Source: an uncultured Lachnospiraceae bacterium (GTDB taxonomy: Bacteria > Bacillota > Clostridia > Eubacteriales > Eubacteriaceae). Taken from it: a DNA stretch of 64,000 bases. Location: positions 2,575 through 66,574 of the forward strand of contig CAZJGM010000001.1 in the NCBI GenBank assembly GCA_964545675.1, read 5' to 3'. Shown here in pieces: positions 10,012 to 19,829 of this stretch (position 1 is its first letter; the number at the start of each line of letters is the position of its first letter). The notes below the pieces were generated by a model. The model saw only the letters and a list, made by a program, of their open reading frames with translations. It did no database searches and was not told where the DNA came from. The position numbers were made by a program, and so were the translations under genes.

Positions 10012-11084
10012 AGGCTGAAAAATGGGCGATTATCACCCTGTCGGCCGACGGGGTGACCACTGCGTCACGTCTGGCTAAGTACCTTGATGACCGAACGGTG
10101 CTTGTTTTTACCAAAGAAAAGTATGCAAAAAACAAGGAGCAGATTATTGATACCGATATTTCTTCGTTTTTTGCCAAGCTTATGAGTGACTATACAGTTA
10201 TTTGTGCCATTATGGCAAGCGGGATTGTCGTTCGGGCCATCGCCCCCTTTTTAAAACATAAGGCCGAAGACCCAGCCATTTTAGTGATGGATACCAAGGG
10301 GGACTTTGTTATCAGTCTTTTGTCCGGCCATTTAGGCGGGGCCAATGATGCGGCTCGTTTAGTCGAGGAACGCTTGGGGGCTAAAGCCATTATTACCACC
10401 GGTACCGATGTTAAGGGAACCATGGCAGTTGATCTATTAGCTGAGAAAATCGATTGCCTGATTGCTGACTTTAAAGCCGCCAAGGATATTACGGCAAGGA
10501 TTCTTCACGGTGAAAAAATTGGGATTTTAAATCAGGATGCTTGGCCCATTGATAAGGTTGACTTGCCGACAAATATTCAAGTGCTTTCCTTAGAAGATGA
10601 CCTTAGTGCTTATCAGGGTCTGATTGTTATCAGTTCTCAAAAGAAATGGTCGGGGGCGAATAAGAATATTCCCTTTGTCCACTTGGTCCCCAAGAAAATG
10701 GTCTTGGGCATTGGCTGTCGAAAAAATATGTCAGCTGATAAAATTATTGCTAAAATTAGCCAAATCTTTGACCAATTAGGCCTCCATGAAAAGACAATTA
10801 AAGCCCTTTCAACGATTGAGCTAAAAAAAGATGAAGCAGGAATTGAAGAGGCTTGCCAGCATTTTAAGGCTAGAAAAATAATTATTCCAGATGCCATGGT
10901 TAAAATGGTTGAGAGTCAATTTGAAGGGTCTGATTTTGTTTATCAGACAACCGGTTTATATGCTGTATCGGAACCCTGTGGTTATATTGGCTCGGGCTTT
11001 GGATCATGTATACTTGAAAAGAAAAAACTTGATGGGATTACTCTTTCCCTTTGGCAAGAAAAAAGAGACGGTGAAAAACCCTAA
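10008..11084 (+). CDS. cbiG: Cobalt-precorrin-5A hydrolase
   Basis: MASGIVVRAIAP, DPAILVMD, SLLSGHLGGAN, ITTGTD, LGIGCRK, AVSEP. Confidence 0.92.
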   Translation: MKAEKWAIITLSADGVTTASRLAKYLDDRTVLVFTKEKYAKNKEQIIDTDISSFFAKLMSDYTVICAIMASGIVVRAIAPFLKHKAEDPAILVMDTKGDFVISLLSGHLGGANDAARLVEERLGAKAIITTGTDVKGTMAVDLLAEKIDCLIADFKAAKDITARILHGEKIGILNQDAWPIDKVDLPTNIQVLSLEDDLSAYQGLIVISSQKKWSGANKNIPFVHLVPKKMVLGIGCRKNMSADKIIAKISQIFDQLGLHEKTIKALSTIELKKDEAGIEEACQHFKARKIIIPDAMVKMVESQFEGSDFVYQTTGLYAVSEPCGYIGSGFGSCILEKKKLDGITLSLWQEKRDGEKP

Positions 11085-11102
11085 ATGGATGAGGAGAAAA
11101 GA

Positions 11103-11840
11103 ATGAAGAAAATTTTTGTGACCGGAATTGGTCCCGGCCTTTATGAGCACATGACTGAGGCGGCCCGAATGAGTTTAGAGGAAGCTGATGTTATTCTAGG
11201 TTATAAGACCTATATTGAGATAATTAAAGATTTAATCGCTGATAAGGAGGTCTTGTCCTCAGGGATGCGCAGTGAAATTGATCGCTGTAAAAAAGCCCTG
11301 GAACTGGCCGACCAGGGAAAGACGGTCTGTTTAGTGAGCAGTGGGGATGCCGGTGTTTATGGCATGGCTGGAATTATGCTAGAAATTGTCGAAAATGCGA
11401 AAAGCTCGGTCGAAGTTGAGCTTATCCCTGGTGTTTCAGCTGCTAATGCTGCCGCGGCAACCCTGGGGGCACCCCTTATGCATGATTATGCAGTCATTAG
11501 TTTAAGTGATTTATTAACTGATTGGCAGGTGATTGAAAAAAGGCTTCACGCTGCCGGACAAGGTGATTTTATTATCAGTCTCTACAACCCTAAAAGTAAG
11601 GGGCGGCCTTATAATATCCAAAAAGCCCAAGAAATCCTTTTAAAGTATAAGGATAGTCAAACACCGGTGGGGATTGTCAGAAACGCCAAAAGAAAGAATG
11701 AATCCTGTCTGATTACCAGACTTGGGATCATGGACCAAGCGGAGATTGATATGTTTTCAATGGTGATTATTGGAAATTCAAAAACCTATGTGACCGAAGA
11801 CTTTAAAAAAATGATCACCCCCAGAGGCTACCAGCTGTGA
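11103..11840 (+). CDS. cbiH: Cobalt-precorrin-3B C17-methyltransferase
   Basis: GIGPG, GYKTY, VSSGDAGVYGMAG, GAPLMHD, ISLSDLLT, LYNPKS, MITPRGY; GAGGAG SD before ATG 11103. Confidence 0.93.
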   Translation: MKKIFVTGIGPGLYEHMTEAARMSLEEADVILGYKTYIEIIKDLIADKEVLSSGMRSEIDRCKKALELADQGKTVCLVSSGDAGVYGMAGIMLEIVENAKSSVEVELIPGVSAANAAAATLGAPLMHDYAVISLSDLLTDWQVIEKRLHAAGQGDFIISLYNPKSKGRPYNIQKAQEILLKYKDSQTPVGIVRNAKRKNESCLITRLGIMDQAEIDMFSMVIIGNSKTYVTEDFKKMITPRGYQL

Positions 11841-12601
11841 TTCTTCTTCTCGGCGGGACCCTTGATAGCCGCCAACTTACTAAAAAATTATTAGACCAAG
11901 CTTATTCGGTCTGTTATTCGTCGCTAACGACGATTGCTAGCGATCAAATGGCGGAGACAAAAAACTTGATTAAACTTTGTGGTCAATTGGATATGGAGGC
12001 CCTAGGTCATACCCTTAGAGCTTATAAAATCACGGCCTGTGTCGACGCAAGCCACCCTTATGCCGGGCAGATATCAGAAAATGCCATTGCGGCCTGCAAG
12101 GCTAATAAAGTACCTTATCTTCGTTTAGAGCGACCCTCCCAAGTCGATGAGAATGAGGACGTGATTGTCTGTGATGATTACCAGGCCGCTAAGGACTATT
12201 TGGGCAAAGCCCTTGAAAAAAGCCAGGCTAATATTTTGTTAACAACGGGCAGTCGTCAATTAGAAGCCTTTCAAGGCCTGCCTAAAAATCGCATCTATGC
12301 CCGTGTCCTGCCGACTTCAGGGGTCTTAAAAAAATGTGAAGACCTAGGCTATAAGCCCAGGCAAATTATTGCCTTGCAAGGCCCTTTTTCAACGGAAATG
12401 AATCAATTAATGATCAAAGACTATCAGATTGGTTTTGTGGTGACCAAGGATAGTGGCGATATCGGTGGCGTTAAGCAAAAAATTGAGGCGGCCCGGCGAA
12501 GCAAAGCCAAGATTATTTTTATTCGCCGACCTTTGATTGTTTACCCCAATGTGGTCGATCATCCCGACCAGGTCCTAAGATGGCTAGAAATATCAATTTA
12601 A
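11837..12601 (+). CDS. cbiJ: Cobalt-precorrin-6A reductase
   Basis: LLGGT, VDASHPYA, YLRLERP, LLTTGS, ARVLP, QGPFS, VTKDSG. Confidence 0.92.
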   Translation: MILLLGGTLDSRQLTKKLLDQAYSVCYSSLTTIASDQMAETKNLIKLCGQLDMEALGHTLRAYKITACVDASHPYAGQISENAIAACKANKVPYLRLERPSQVDENEDVIVCDDYQAAKDYLGKALEKSQANILLTTGSRQLEAFQGLPKNRIYARVLPTSGVLKKCEDLGYKPRQIIALQGPFSTEMNQLMIKDYQIGFVVTKDSGDIGGVKQKIEAARRSKAKIIFIRRPLIVYPNVVDHPDQVLRWLEISI

Positions 12602-12617
12602 GAATAGAGGAAAAATA

Positions 12618-14123
12618 ATGGCAAAAAATATTATGTTTATGGGCACCGGTTCATCAGTCGGAAAGAGCCTTCTTACGGCCGCCATCTGTCGGATTTTAAA
12701 TAACCGAGGTTATGCGGTGGCCCCCTATAAAAGTCAAAATATGGCACTTAATTCGTTTATTACCAGAGATGGAAAAGAAATGGGCCGAGCCCAGGTGGTT
12801 CAGGCTGAATGTGCTAGAATTGAGCCACGGGTTGACATGCAGCCAGTTTTATTAAAGCCTAATTCGGATGTCGGCAGCCAAGTTATTTTAATGGGAAAAG
12901 CGGCCTTTAACATGGATGCTAAAGATTACCACGCCTATAAACCCAAGCTAGTCGAAATCGTTCTTCAGGCCTATCAGTCCTTAGCCAAGGACTATCAGAT
13001 TATTGCCATCGAAGGGGCCGGTAGCCCGGCAGAAATTAATCTGCGAGACAACGATATCGTCAATATGGGTTTGGCTGAACTTGTCGATGCCCCAGTTATT
13101 CTAATTGGTGACATTGACAAGGGCGGGGTGTTTGCATCGATTTATGGGACGATCATGCTCCTTGAGGAGGATGAACGGGCCCGGATCAAAGGCTTTATTA
13201 TTAATAAATTCAGGGGTGATGTGGCCTTATTAAAGCCTGGTATCGAGATGATTCAAGCAAAAATCAACATTCCCTGCCTGGGGGTTATTCCTTATAAACG
13301 TTTTGCTATTGACGATGAAGACAGCGTTTCAGAACGCTTTGATAATCAGGGCCAAGGGCTGATTACCATTGGGGTTGTCTACTTGCCCCACCTGTCTAAT
13401 TTTACTGATTGTACGGCGTTTGAAATGCACCCAGATGTCAAGGTAGAGTATTATCGCAACCAGCGTCAGCTTCAACTGGCCAGTCCCGATCTACTGGTGA
13501 TACCGGGCAGTAAAAATACCATTGATGATACCAATTATTTAATTGAAAGTAAGCTGGGCCAAGAAATCAAAGATCGTCACCAGTCAGGTCTTCCCATTAT
13601 CGGAATTTGTGGTGGTTATCAGATATTGGGAAAAGAGATTTTAGATCCCTTGCAGGTAGAATCTAAAAAAGGTCGGATTAAAGGCCTGGGCCTCCTTAAT
13701 ACAGTAACAACAATTGGCCAAGAAAAGCGGACCGTCCGAGTTAAAGGACAGCTGATCGGGGACTTTATGGGAATCGATTTAGAGGGCCTAGCAGTGGAAG
13801 GCTATGAAATTCACATGGGCCAGACAAAGGCTTTAGATGAGTCAAAAGCCTTTGCCCTCCTTGACGACAATAGCCTTGATGGCACAATAAATAAAGAAGA
13901 AACAGTTATGGGGACCTACCTCCATGGGATTTTTGATAATGATGCCTTCCGGGAAAAGATAATTAATCAATTAAAAAAACGCAAAAATCTTGAACTAGGA
14001 CTAGAAGTCTTTGATTTCAAAGCCTTTAAGGAAGACCAGTACGATGATTTAGCCCAAGTCGTTGAAGCAAATATCGAGATGGACAAGATCATGGAAATTA
14101 TTGGAGCTGTGAATTGTCTTTAA
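12618..14123 (+). CDS. cbiP: Cobyric acid synthase CbiP/CobQ
   Basis: GTGSSVGKS, KSQNMALNS, GRAQVVQA, EGAGSPAEINL, INKFRGD, GATase GICGGYQ, GYEIHMG, GTYLHG. Confidence 0.95.
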   Translation: MAKNIMFMGTGSSVGKSLLTAAICRILNNRGYAVAPYKSQNMALNSFITRDGKEMGRAQVVQAECARIEPRVDMQPVLLKPNSDVGSQVILMGKAAFNMDAKDYHAYKPKLVEIVLQAYQSLAKDYQIIAIEGAGSPAEINLRDNDIVNMGLAELVDAPVILIGDIDKGGVFASIYGTIMLLEEDERARIKGFIINKFRGDVALLKPGIEMIQAKINIPCLGVIPYKRFAIDDEDSVSERFDNQGQGLITIGVVYLPHLSNFTDCTAFEMHPDVKVEYYRNQRQLQLASPDLLVIPGSKNTIDDTNYLIESKLGQEIKDRHQSGLPIIGICGGYQILGKEILDPLQVESKKGRIKGLGLLNTVTTIGQEKRTVRVKGQLIGDFMGIDLEGLAVEGYEIHMGQTKALDESKAFALLDDNSLDGTINKEETVMGTYLHGIFDNDAFREKIINQLKKRKNLELGLEVFDFKAFKEDQYDDLAQVVEANIEMDKIMEIIGAVNCL

Positions 14124-15130
14124 TAGGAGCGATCCCCTTTGGTTTGGGAGGCGGTTATTGGTTTTTGCTGATCCTCCTAGCAACAGTAATTGATTGGATT
14201 ATTGGCGATCCGGCCTGGCTACCCCATCCAATTATTTTAATCGGTAAAACAATTGATTTTTTAACGAAGAAGATGAATCGTGGAAATTATCGAAAAGCCA
14301 AAGGAACCATCCTCTTAATCGTGGTCTTAGGCTTAAGTGCCAGTATGGTGCTGGGAATTCAGTTTTTATTGTATGGCTTTAGTTTTTTGGCCTATAGCCT
14401 CTTTAATCTTTATTTAATGACCTTGTCATTAGCTGCTAAAACCCTTGGACAGGAAGTTACAAAGGTGATGGCAGCATTATTATCGGGTGATCTTGACCAA
14501 GCCCGAATCCAGGTTGGCTATTTAGTTGGCCGAGACACTAGTTCTTTAGATAAAAAAGAAATCATCCGAGCGACCATCGAGACGACCGCTGAAAACACCA
14601 TCGATGGGGTTTTAGCACCGCTTTTTTATTTATTGTTGGGGGCTTTTTTGGGAATTCCCTGGTTAAATCCGGTCGTTTTGGTAATCCTTTATAAGGCTAC
14701 AAATACCCTTGATTCGATGGTTGGTTACATTCAGGAACCCTACCGTGAGTTTGGCTTTGCATCGGCTAAGTTTGATGATGTCATTAACTTTTTACCAGCC
14801 CGGTTGGGAAGTTTCTTTATGCTAGTTGCTGGTTTTTTTATGGGTTATTCGATTCGGCAGGGCTATGATATTTTTAAAAGAGATCGGCTGAATCATAAGA
14901 GTCCTAATTCGGCAAATCCAGAATCAGTGGTTGCTGGGCTTTTGGGCATCCAACTTGGTGGAAGCAACTATTATTTTGGCCAAGAATTGAAAAAACCGAC
15001 CATTGGTGATAATAAATATGAGCTCGATCCACTGGATATCCGCCAGACCGTTGCCATTATGTATGGGAGTCAAATCGTGGTCATGTTTTTGGCAATCCTA
15101 GTGGTTTTTATGATCTATACGATTTACTAA
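14114..15130 (+). CDS. cbiB: Adenosylcobinamide-phosphate synthase CbiB
   Basis: GDPAWLPHP, LVGRDT, AENTIDG, YKATNTLDSMVGY, DDVINFLPARL, HKSPNS; multiple TM segments. Confidence 0.93.
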   Translation: MSLIGAIPFGLGGGYWFLLILLATVIDWIIGDPAWLPHPIILIGKTIDFLTKKMNRGNYRKAKGTILLIVVLGLSASMVLGIQFLLYGFSFLAYSLFNLYLMTLSLAAKTLGQEVTKVMAALLSGDLDQARIQVGYLVGRDTSSLDKKEIIRATIETTAENTIDGVLAPLFYLLLGAFLGIPWLNPVVLVILYKATNTLDSMVGYIQEPYREFGFASAKFDDVINFLPARLGSFFMLVAGFFMGYSIRQGYDIFKRDRLNHKSPNSANPESVVAGLLGIQLGGSNYYFGQELKKPTIGDNKYELDPLDIRQTVAIMYGSQIVVMFLAILVVFMIYTIY

Positions 15131-15140
15131 GGAGAAAAAG

Positions 15141-16175
15141 ATGAATAAGCATGGCGGTTATTGGGGCGATAGGGAAAAAATGGTTGATTTTTCGGTAAAT
15201 ATTAACCCCTTGGGCATCCCCAAAAATCTTGAAAAAAAATTAATTGCCGGCATTAGTGACCTGGTTTCCTATCCAGAAATTAGCGGCGAATCAGCCCGGC
15301 TTAAATTAGCCAAAGACCTTAATAAAAAAAGAGACCACTTAATCCTCGGTAATGGGGCCATTGAGTTAATTTATCTTTTTGCAAGAAGTATAAAAGCGGG
15401 AAAGGCCTTAATTATCCAGCCGACCTTTAATGAATACGAACGAGCCTTATCCATGTACGGTTGGCAAGTCAACCACCTTATCCTAGAAAAGGAAGATCGT
15501 TTTTTGATCCAAAGTCAAAGCTTTAAAGACCAATTAAGCAAGCTTAAGCCTGATCTTATCGTTCTTTGTAATCCCAATAATCCGACCGGGGCTTTTTACT
15601 CACGTCAGCAAATCAAAAGTTGGATGGCATTTGCCAATTGGGATCCGATTTGGTTTTTTGATGAATCCTTTATTGATTTTACCAATCAAATAGGAATGAT
15701 CGATGAGGATGATAAAAATATTTTTATTCTTAAGTCCTTGACAAAATTTTACGCCCTCCCCGGCTTACGAATTGGCTACGGGATTGGCCATCCTGAAATT
15801 ATAAAAAAAATGATCTATTATAAGGAGCCATGGACCATTAATAGTTTGGCCCTGATTGCCCTTAAGGACGTTTACGACCAAAAAGATTTTGCCAGACAAA
15901 CGCAGGCCTTTATAAAAGAACAGCGAGAAAGGGTCTACGGTAAATTATTAGAAATTCCTTACCTAGAGGTTTTTAAGAGCCAGACCGATTTTCACTTATG
16001 CCGCTTATTAAAAGGAAAGAGCCTTGATTTAAAAGAGGATTTAGAAGAGCAGGGAATGAGCCTGAGAACCTGTGAGGATTTTTTAGGCCTAGATGGGTCG
16101 TATTTTCGCATAGCCATAAAAAATGAAGAAGAGAATGATTGCTTATTAAAATTTTTAGGGAAATGGAAGGGATAA
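15141..16175 (+). CDS. cobD: L-threonine-O-3-phosphate decarboxylase
   Basis: HGG, DFSVNINPLG, GNGAIELI, CNPNNPTG, DESFIDF, PLP Lys in SLTKFYALPGLRIGY. Confidence 0.88.
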   Translation: MNKHGGYWGDREKMVDFSVNINPLGIPKNLEKKLIAGISDLVSYPEISGESARLKLAKDLNKKRDHLILGNGAIELIYLFARSIKAGKALIIQPTFNEYERALSMYGWQVNHLILEKEDRFLIQSQSFKDQLSKLKPDLIVLCNPNNPTGAFYSRQQIKSWMAFANWDPIWFFDESFIDFTNQIGMIDEDDKNIFILKSLTKFYALPGLRIGYGIGHPEIIKKMIYYKEPWTINSLALIALKDVYDQKDFARQTQAFIKEQRERVYGKLLEIPYLEVFKSQTDFHLCRLLKGKSLDLKEDLEEQGMSLRTCEDFLGLDGSYFRIAIKNEEENDCLLKFLGKWKG

Positions 16176-16176
16176 G

Positions 16177-16731
16177 ATGGGGAGATTATTGTTTATAACT
16201 GGCGGGGCAAGAAGTGGTAAAAGCACCTATGCTGAAAAAACAGCGGCTGATCTTAAGAAGAAAGTCCTTTATCTGGCCACGGCCATTGCCTTTGATGAGG
16301 GGATGAAGGACCGGATTAAACGACACCAGGCCCAGCGGCCAGCTGATTGGAAAACCATTGAAGCCTATCGTGATTTTGATAAAATCACCGAAAACAAGGA
16401 TTTTAAGGAAGCCGAAGTAATCCTCTTTGATTGTCTGACCGTGATGGTTACCAATAATATGCTCGACTACGAGATCGACTATGACACCTGTTCCATGCAA
16501 GCCCTTTCGCAAGTAGAAGAAGAAATTACCTTAGAAGTAGAAAAACTCTTAAAGGTCTGCCAGGATAAGGTCTTGCTTGTGGTTTCAAACGAAGTTGGCA
16601 TGGGGCTTGTACCCTCCTATAAATTAGGCAGTTATTTTCGTGATATAGCCGGTCGAATGAATCAGCTTGTTGCTGCTTGTGCCAATGAGGCCTATTTAAT
16701 GGTTTCGGGCATTCCCTTAAAAATCAAATAA
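16177..16731 (+). CDS. cobU: Adenosylcobinamide kinase / adenosylcobinamide-phosphate guanylyltransferase
   Basis: TGGARSGKS, YLATA, RIKRH, DCLT, VSNEVGMG, FRDIAGRMNQ. Confidence 0.94.
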   Translation: MGRLLFITGGARSGKSTYAEKTAADLKKKVLYLATAIAFDEGMKDRIKRHQAQRPADWKTIEAYRDFDKITENKDFKEAEVILFDCLTVMVTNNMLDYEIDYDTCSMQALSQVEEEITLEVEKLLKVCQDKVLLVVSNEVGMGLVPSYKLGSYFRDIAGRMNQLVAACANEAYLMVSGIPLKIK

Positions 16732-16732
16732 A

Positions 16733-16752
16733 AACGCCCATTAATGGGCGTT
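16733..16752. terminator. Hairpin between convergent cobU and kinase-like gene (probable bidirectional terminator)
   Basis: Perfect palindrome AACGCCCATTAATGGGCGTT. Confidence 0.65.
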
Positions 16753-16759
16753 ACAACTC

Positions 16760-17803
16760 TTAAGTGGACGAATGAATGGGGAGGACGACCTCCACCTTAA
16801 ACATTTGGTTGAGCTGGTAGTAGTCGATCCGTCCTTGGTGCCTATGAATGACTTTCTTGCAAAAATCAAGGGTTGGCGATTGGGGATTTATTTCACCTTG
16901 CAGGGCATTAACGGTTTTATTGCGGAGGATGAAAAAAAGCTCGTTTTTATTAAGAATCAGCCCTAGATGAATTGGTTTTTCGGGATCCGAAAATTTGATC
17001 ATATTCGAGGTTAATTCGTCAAAAACATGTTGGAGCTGTTGGAAATCAACCCATAGGGAAAAATCCTGATCGAGACAATCTTCTAAAACGACTTTAAATT
17101 CGGCTTCTTCTAGGATCGGCGTGATTTTTTCGATCAAATGACGAATCAGCTCCTTGCCCTTGTAGATCTTGAATTCATAAAAGCTGTCACCTTTTCCGGA
17201 AAAAGCGTAGTTTAAGGTTTTTTCAATAAAGGCCTTGATCTGATAGGATTTTTTAATGGCCGTGCTTAGGTAATTATACCGTTTTTCTGGATCGGGATGG
17301 TTGATTTTCTCCATCCGTTCCAGATAACCAATCAGGGTCGAATTGGTCGGATAAAGCTCGTTGGAAATGGCGGTGATCAATTGCTGGTTTTCCAGCTTTG
17401 CTTGGTTAAGCGATTGAATCTCAGTTTTTAGGTCTTCGTGAATGGTATTAATATCGGCAGCCAATTGCCCAAGGTCATTTTGCCCGTCAAGCGGCAGGGT
17501 GGTCTTGTGGTTGCCAGCTGCTAGCTCCTTGGTTTTAGCGGTAATGGTTTTTAAATAGGTCATTTCCTTGCGGATTGATAAAAAAAACAAGGGGATGCTT
17601 AGGCCATAGCAAATAAGGGCCGACACTAAAAACAAAAAGGGGTCATTGGATAATAAAGAGGGAATGACAAATAACGATAAAAAAAGATTTAAAAATGTTG
17701 AGAGTAAAAAAAATAGGGCATAATTTTGAAACAGTTTATCATAAAGCCTTTTTGTTTTAGCTTTGGATTTATTAGGGGTTTGGTTGGGATCCTGTAAGTT
17801 CAT
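16760..17803 (-). CDS. Sensor histidine kinase-like membrane protein, degenerate (no phosphoacceptor His)
   Basis: Two TM helices, HAMP-like segment (LAAGNHK...NDLGQLAADIN), DHp-like AISNELYPTNSTLIGYLE, N-box-like VFDELTSNMIKFS; AAAGGAAG SD before ATG 17803. Confidence 0.75.
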   Translation of the reverse strand: MNLQDPNQTPNKSKAKTKRLYDKLFQNYALFFLLSTFLNLFLSLFVIPSLLSNDPFLFLVSALICYGLSIPLFFLSIRKEMTYLKTITAKTKELAAGNHKTTLPLDGQNDLGQLAADINTIHEDLKTEIQSLNQAKLENQQLITAISNELYPTNSTLIGYLERMEKINHPDPEKRYNYLSTAIKKSYQIKAFIEKTLNYAFSGKGDSFYEFKIYKGKELIRHLIEKITPILEEAEFKVVLEDCLDQDFSLWVDFQQLQHVFDELTSNMIKFSDPEKPIHLGLILNKNELFFILRNKTVNALQGEINPQSPTLDFCKKVIHRHQGRIDYYQLNQMFKVEVVLPIHSST

Positions 17804-17969
17804 AGTTCTTCCTTTCAAATAGCTTAAGTCTATTTTAATCGTTAACGGCTACTAAAGCAAGATAAGCTTAAAAAATCCAGAATTATTCAAGGAAATTAGT
17901 TTGCTTAAGTGGTTTATCTTAAAAGCTATTTAGGGTATAATGTTTTACAAATAGATGAGGAGAAAATAA

Positions 17970-18467
17970 ATGAGCCTGTACGAAGATTGGAAATCTTATA
18001 TTTTAGAAAATTCAAAAACACAAGAGGAACAGGATGCTTTCTGGAAACAATATTGTTTAGAGGAACAGCTTTTATACCAAGAGATTCTTAAGAATAAAGC
18101 GAATCGAATTGAAGGGAAGGTCAGTGACCTAGCGGCTGAAAATAAGATGCTTTTGCCCCAATATATGGGCTTTTTAGATGGTGTTAATGAAAGTCTTAAA
18201 AACCCCATGGATTTAGACCAAATTACCCCTGATTCCCAGCTTGCTTTAGAGATTGATTTTGCCAGCCTCTATAAAAACATGTTGGCGGTTCCAGCGGAAT
18301 GGCTCTATAATTTAGAAGAGTGGGAAACTATTTTTTCAAAAGACCAAAGAGAGTCGCTAGTAAAAGAGTATAAACGCTCAAAAACGGTTGTAAAAGGCGA
18401 AAAAGTTGGTCGTAATGATCCTTGTCCTTGTGGGTCAGGTAAAAAATACAAGAAATGTTGTGGATGA
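17970..18467 (+). CDS. SEC-C metal-binding motif protein
   Basis: C-terminal [29 protein letters not shown]. Confidence 0.88.
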   Translation: MSLYEDWKSYILENSKTQEEQDAFWKQYCLEEQLLYQEILKNKANRIEGKVSDLAAENKMLLPQYMGFLDGVNESLKNPMDLDQITPDSQLALEIDFASLYKNMLAVPAEWLYNLEEWETIFSKDQRESLVKEYKRSKTVVKGEKVGRNDPCPCGSGKKYKKCCG

Positions 18468-18468
18468 T

Positions 18469-18505
18469 AAAAAGACACCTAGCTTAAAAACTAGGTGTCT
18501 TTTTT
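18469..18505. terminator. Bidirectional rho-independent terminator
   Basis: AAAAAGACACCTAG-cttaaaaa-CTAGGTGTCTTTTT between convergent genes, overlapping the patatin stop codon. Confidence 0.8.
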
Positions 18506-19804
18506 CTGAAGACTATCGTGAATATAGACCAGGGTAATTAAGGATAAGACCATATCAGCGGTAAAGTGCTGGATAAAGTGGGGAATTTTTTCAATTAAAA
18601 GGTCTTGTTTTAAGGCCAGAAAAATTAGATAAAAAAGGGTAAAGTGATAACGCTTATAATTGGCCGTAATTAGTTCACTAATGAGGTCGGGTGTTTTGAT
18701 TAAAAGGGCATTCTCTTCAAGTAATTGCTTAAGCCGCTTTAAGATGGCTAAGATAAAAGAATCCATCTGATAATCCTTTAAGACTGGGACCCCTAAATTT
18801 TTAGCGGTCATTTCAAGCATGGCCAGGCTTAGGTCGGAATTTTTAAAGTCGGTTTTTGCCTTAAGGTCTTCTAGGGCCTTTAAAATCATATCTTTTGATG
18901 CATCTTGAGGAAGAAAAAGAAAGGATAACATTTTTTGATCTTGCTTGTGATTAGAAAGTGTCTCGCCTAGTCGGTTTTTAAAGCGAGTAAAAAACTGCTT
19001 ATTTTTTGAAAGATCAAGATAATATTTGATCCCAACAAATTGCTTAAGAGCTTTCATCCCGTCGAGATAGCCTAGGTTAATATTGGTTTGAGTTGTCTCT
19101 TGGCAAAAATCGAGCAGGCCACCGACAATTTGGGAGTTTGAAATGTTTAAGATCTCGACCTCTTTGTTTCGGATTGGCCGCCTGACCCCAAAAGAGGGAA
19201 GATCGACGGCAATAATGTTGTCATAGCCTTGACGGATCATAAAATTAACGGGGAGGATATCAAAGAAAGCACCATCTAAAAACCTATTGCCATCAATTTC
19301 ATGTTTTTGAAAAATGGGTAGGGCCGAACTGGCTAAAAGATAATCGATTAATTGTCCCTCGGGAATATCCTCAATCATTAATTCGCGGGGCCGCAGGCTA
19401 GTTAAATCAACTGTAACCAGTCCCAAACGAATGGGAGATGCACGAATTTTTTCCTCGCTGATTAAGGCATGAAGATTTTTACGAAGGGGGCTGATATCTA
19501 ATCCATTTGAAAAAAGAATATCTAAAAAATTCAGCCGAAAAAGATCAAAGCCTTGGTGGGCAATCTTTTCATAGGAATCATTCATTTTTTTATTGAGGGC
19601 AAGGACTTGATCAATCGAAAGATTCGTCCAAAATTGATAGGCCAGCTGATAATCATTTTGGGCAATGACGGCAGCATTTAAGGCTCCCACCGAAGTGCCA
19701 ATTACGGCCGTGATGGGAGTCGAGCAGGTTTTTAATGCCTTCCAGACCCCAATTTCAAAAGCTCCTTTAGCACCACCCCCACCTAAAACAAGTCCATATT
19801 CCAT
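18491..19804 (-). CDS. Patatin-like phospholipase
   Basis: Oxyanion GGGAKG, nucleophile GTSVG, ASSALP, catalytic Asp in DGA; extra C-terminal region. Confidence 0.88.
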   Translation of the reverse strand: MEYGLVLGGGGAKGAFEIGVWKALKTCSTPITAVIGTSVGALNAAVIAQNDYQLAYQFWTNLSIDQVLALNKKMNDSYEKIAHQGFDLFRLNFLDILFSNGLDISPLRKNLHALISEEKIRASPIRLGLVTVDLTSLRPRELMIEDIPEGQLIDYLLASSALPIFQKHEIDGNRFLDGAFFDILPVNFMIRQGYDNIIAVDLPSFGVRRPIRNKEVEILNISNSQIVGGLLDFCQETTQTNINLGYLDGMKALKQFVGIKYYLDLSKNKQFFTRFKNRLGETLSNHKQDQKMLSFLFLPQDASKDMILKALEDLKAKTDFKNSDLSLAMLEMTAKNLGVPVLKDYQMDSFILAILKRLKQLLEENALLIKTPDLISELITANYKRYHFTLFYLIFLALKQDLLIEKIPHFIQHFTADMVLSLITLVYIHDSLQKKDT

Positions 19805-19829
19805 TTTTCTACTCCTTTTTACGGCTTAT

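Noticed and set aside
1..16731. Incomplete cobalamin pathway (no cbiA/C/D/E/T/L, cobS, cobT)
   Set aside because: The cluster is cut by the window edge, so absence cannot be judged
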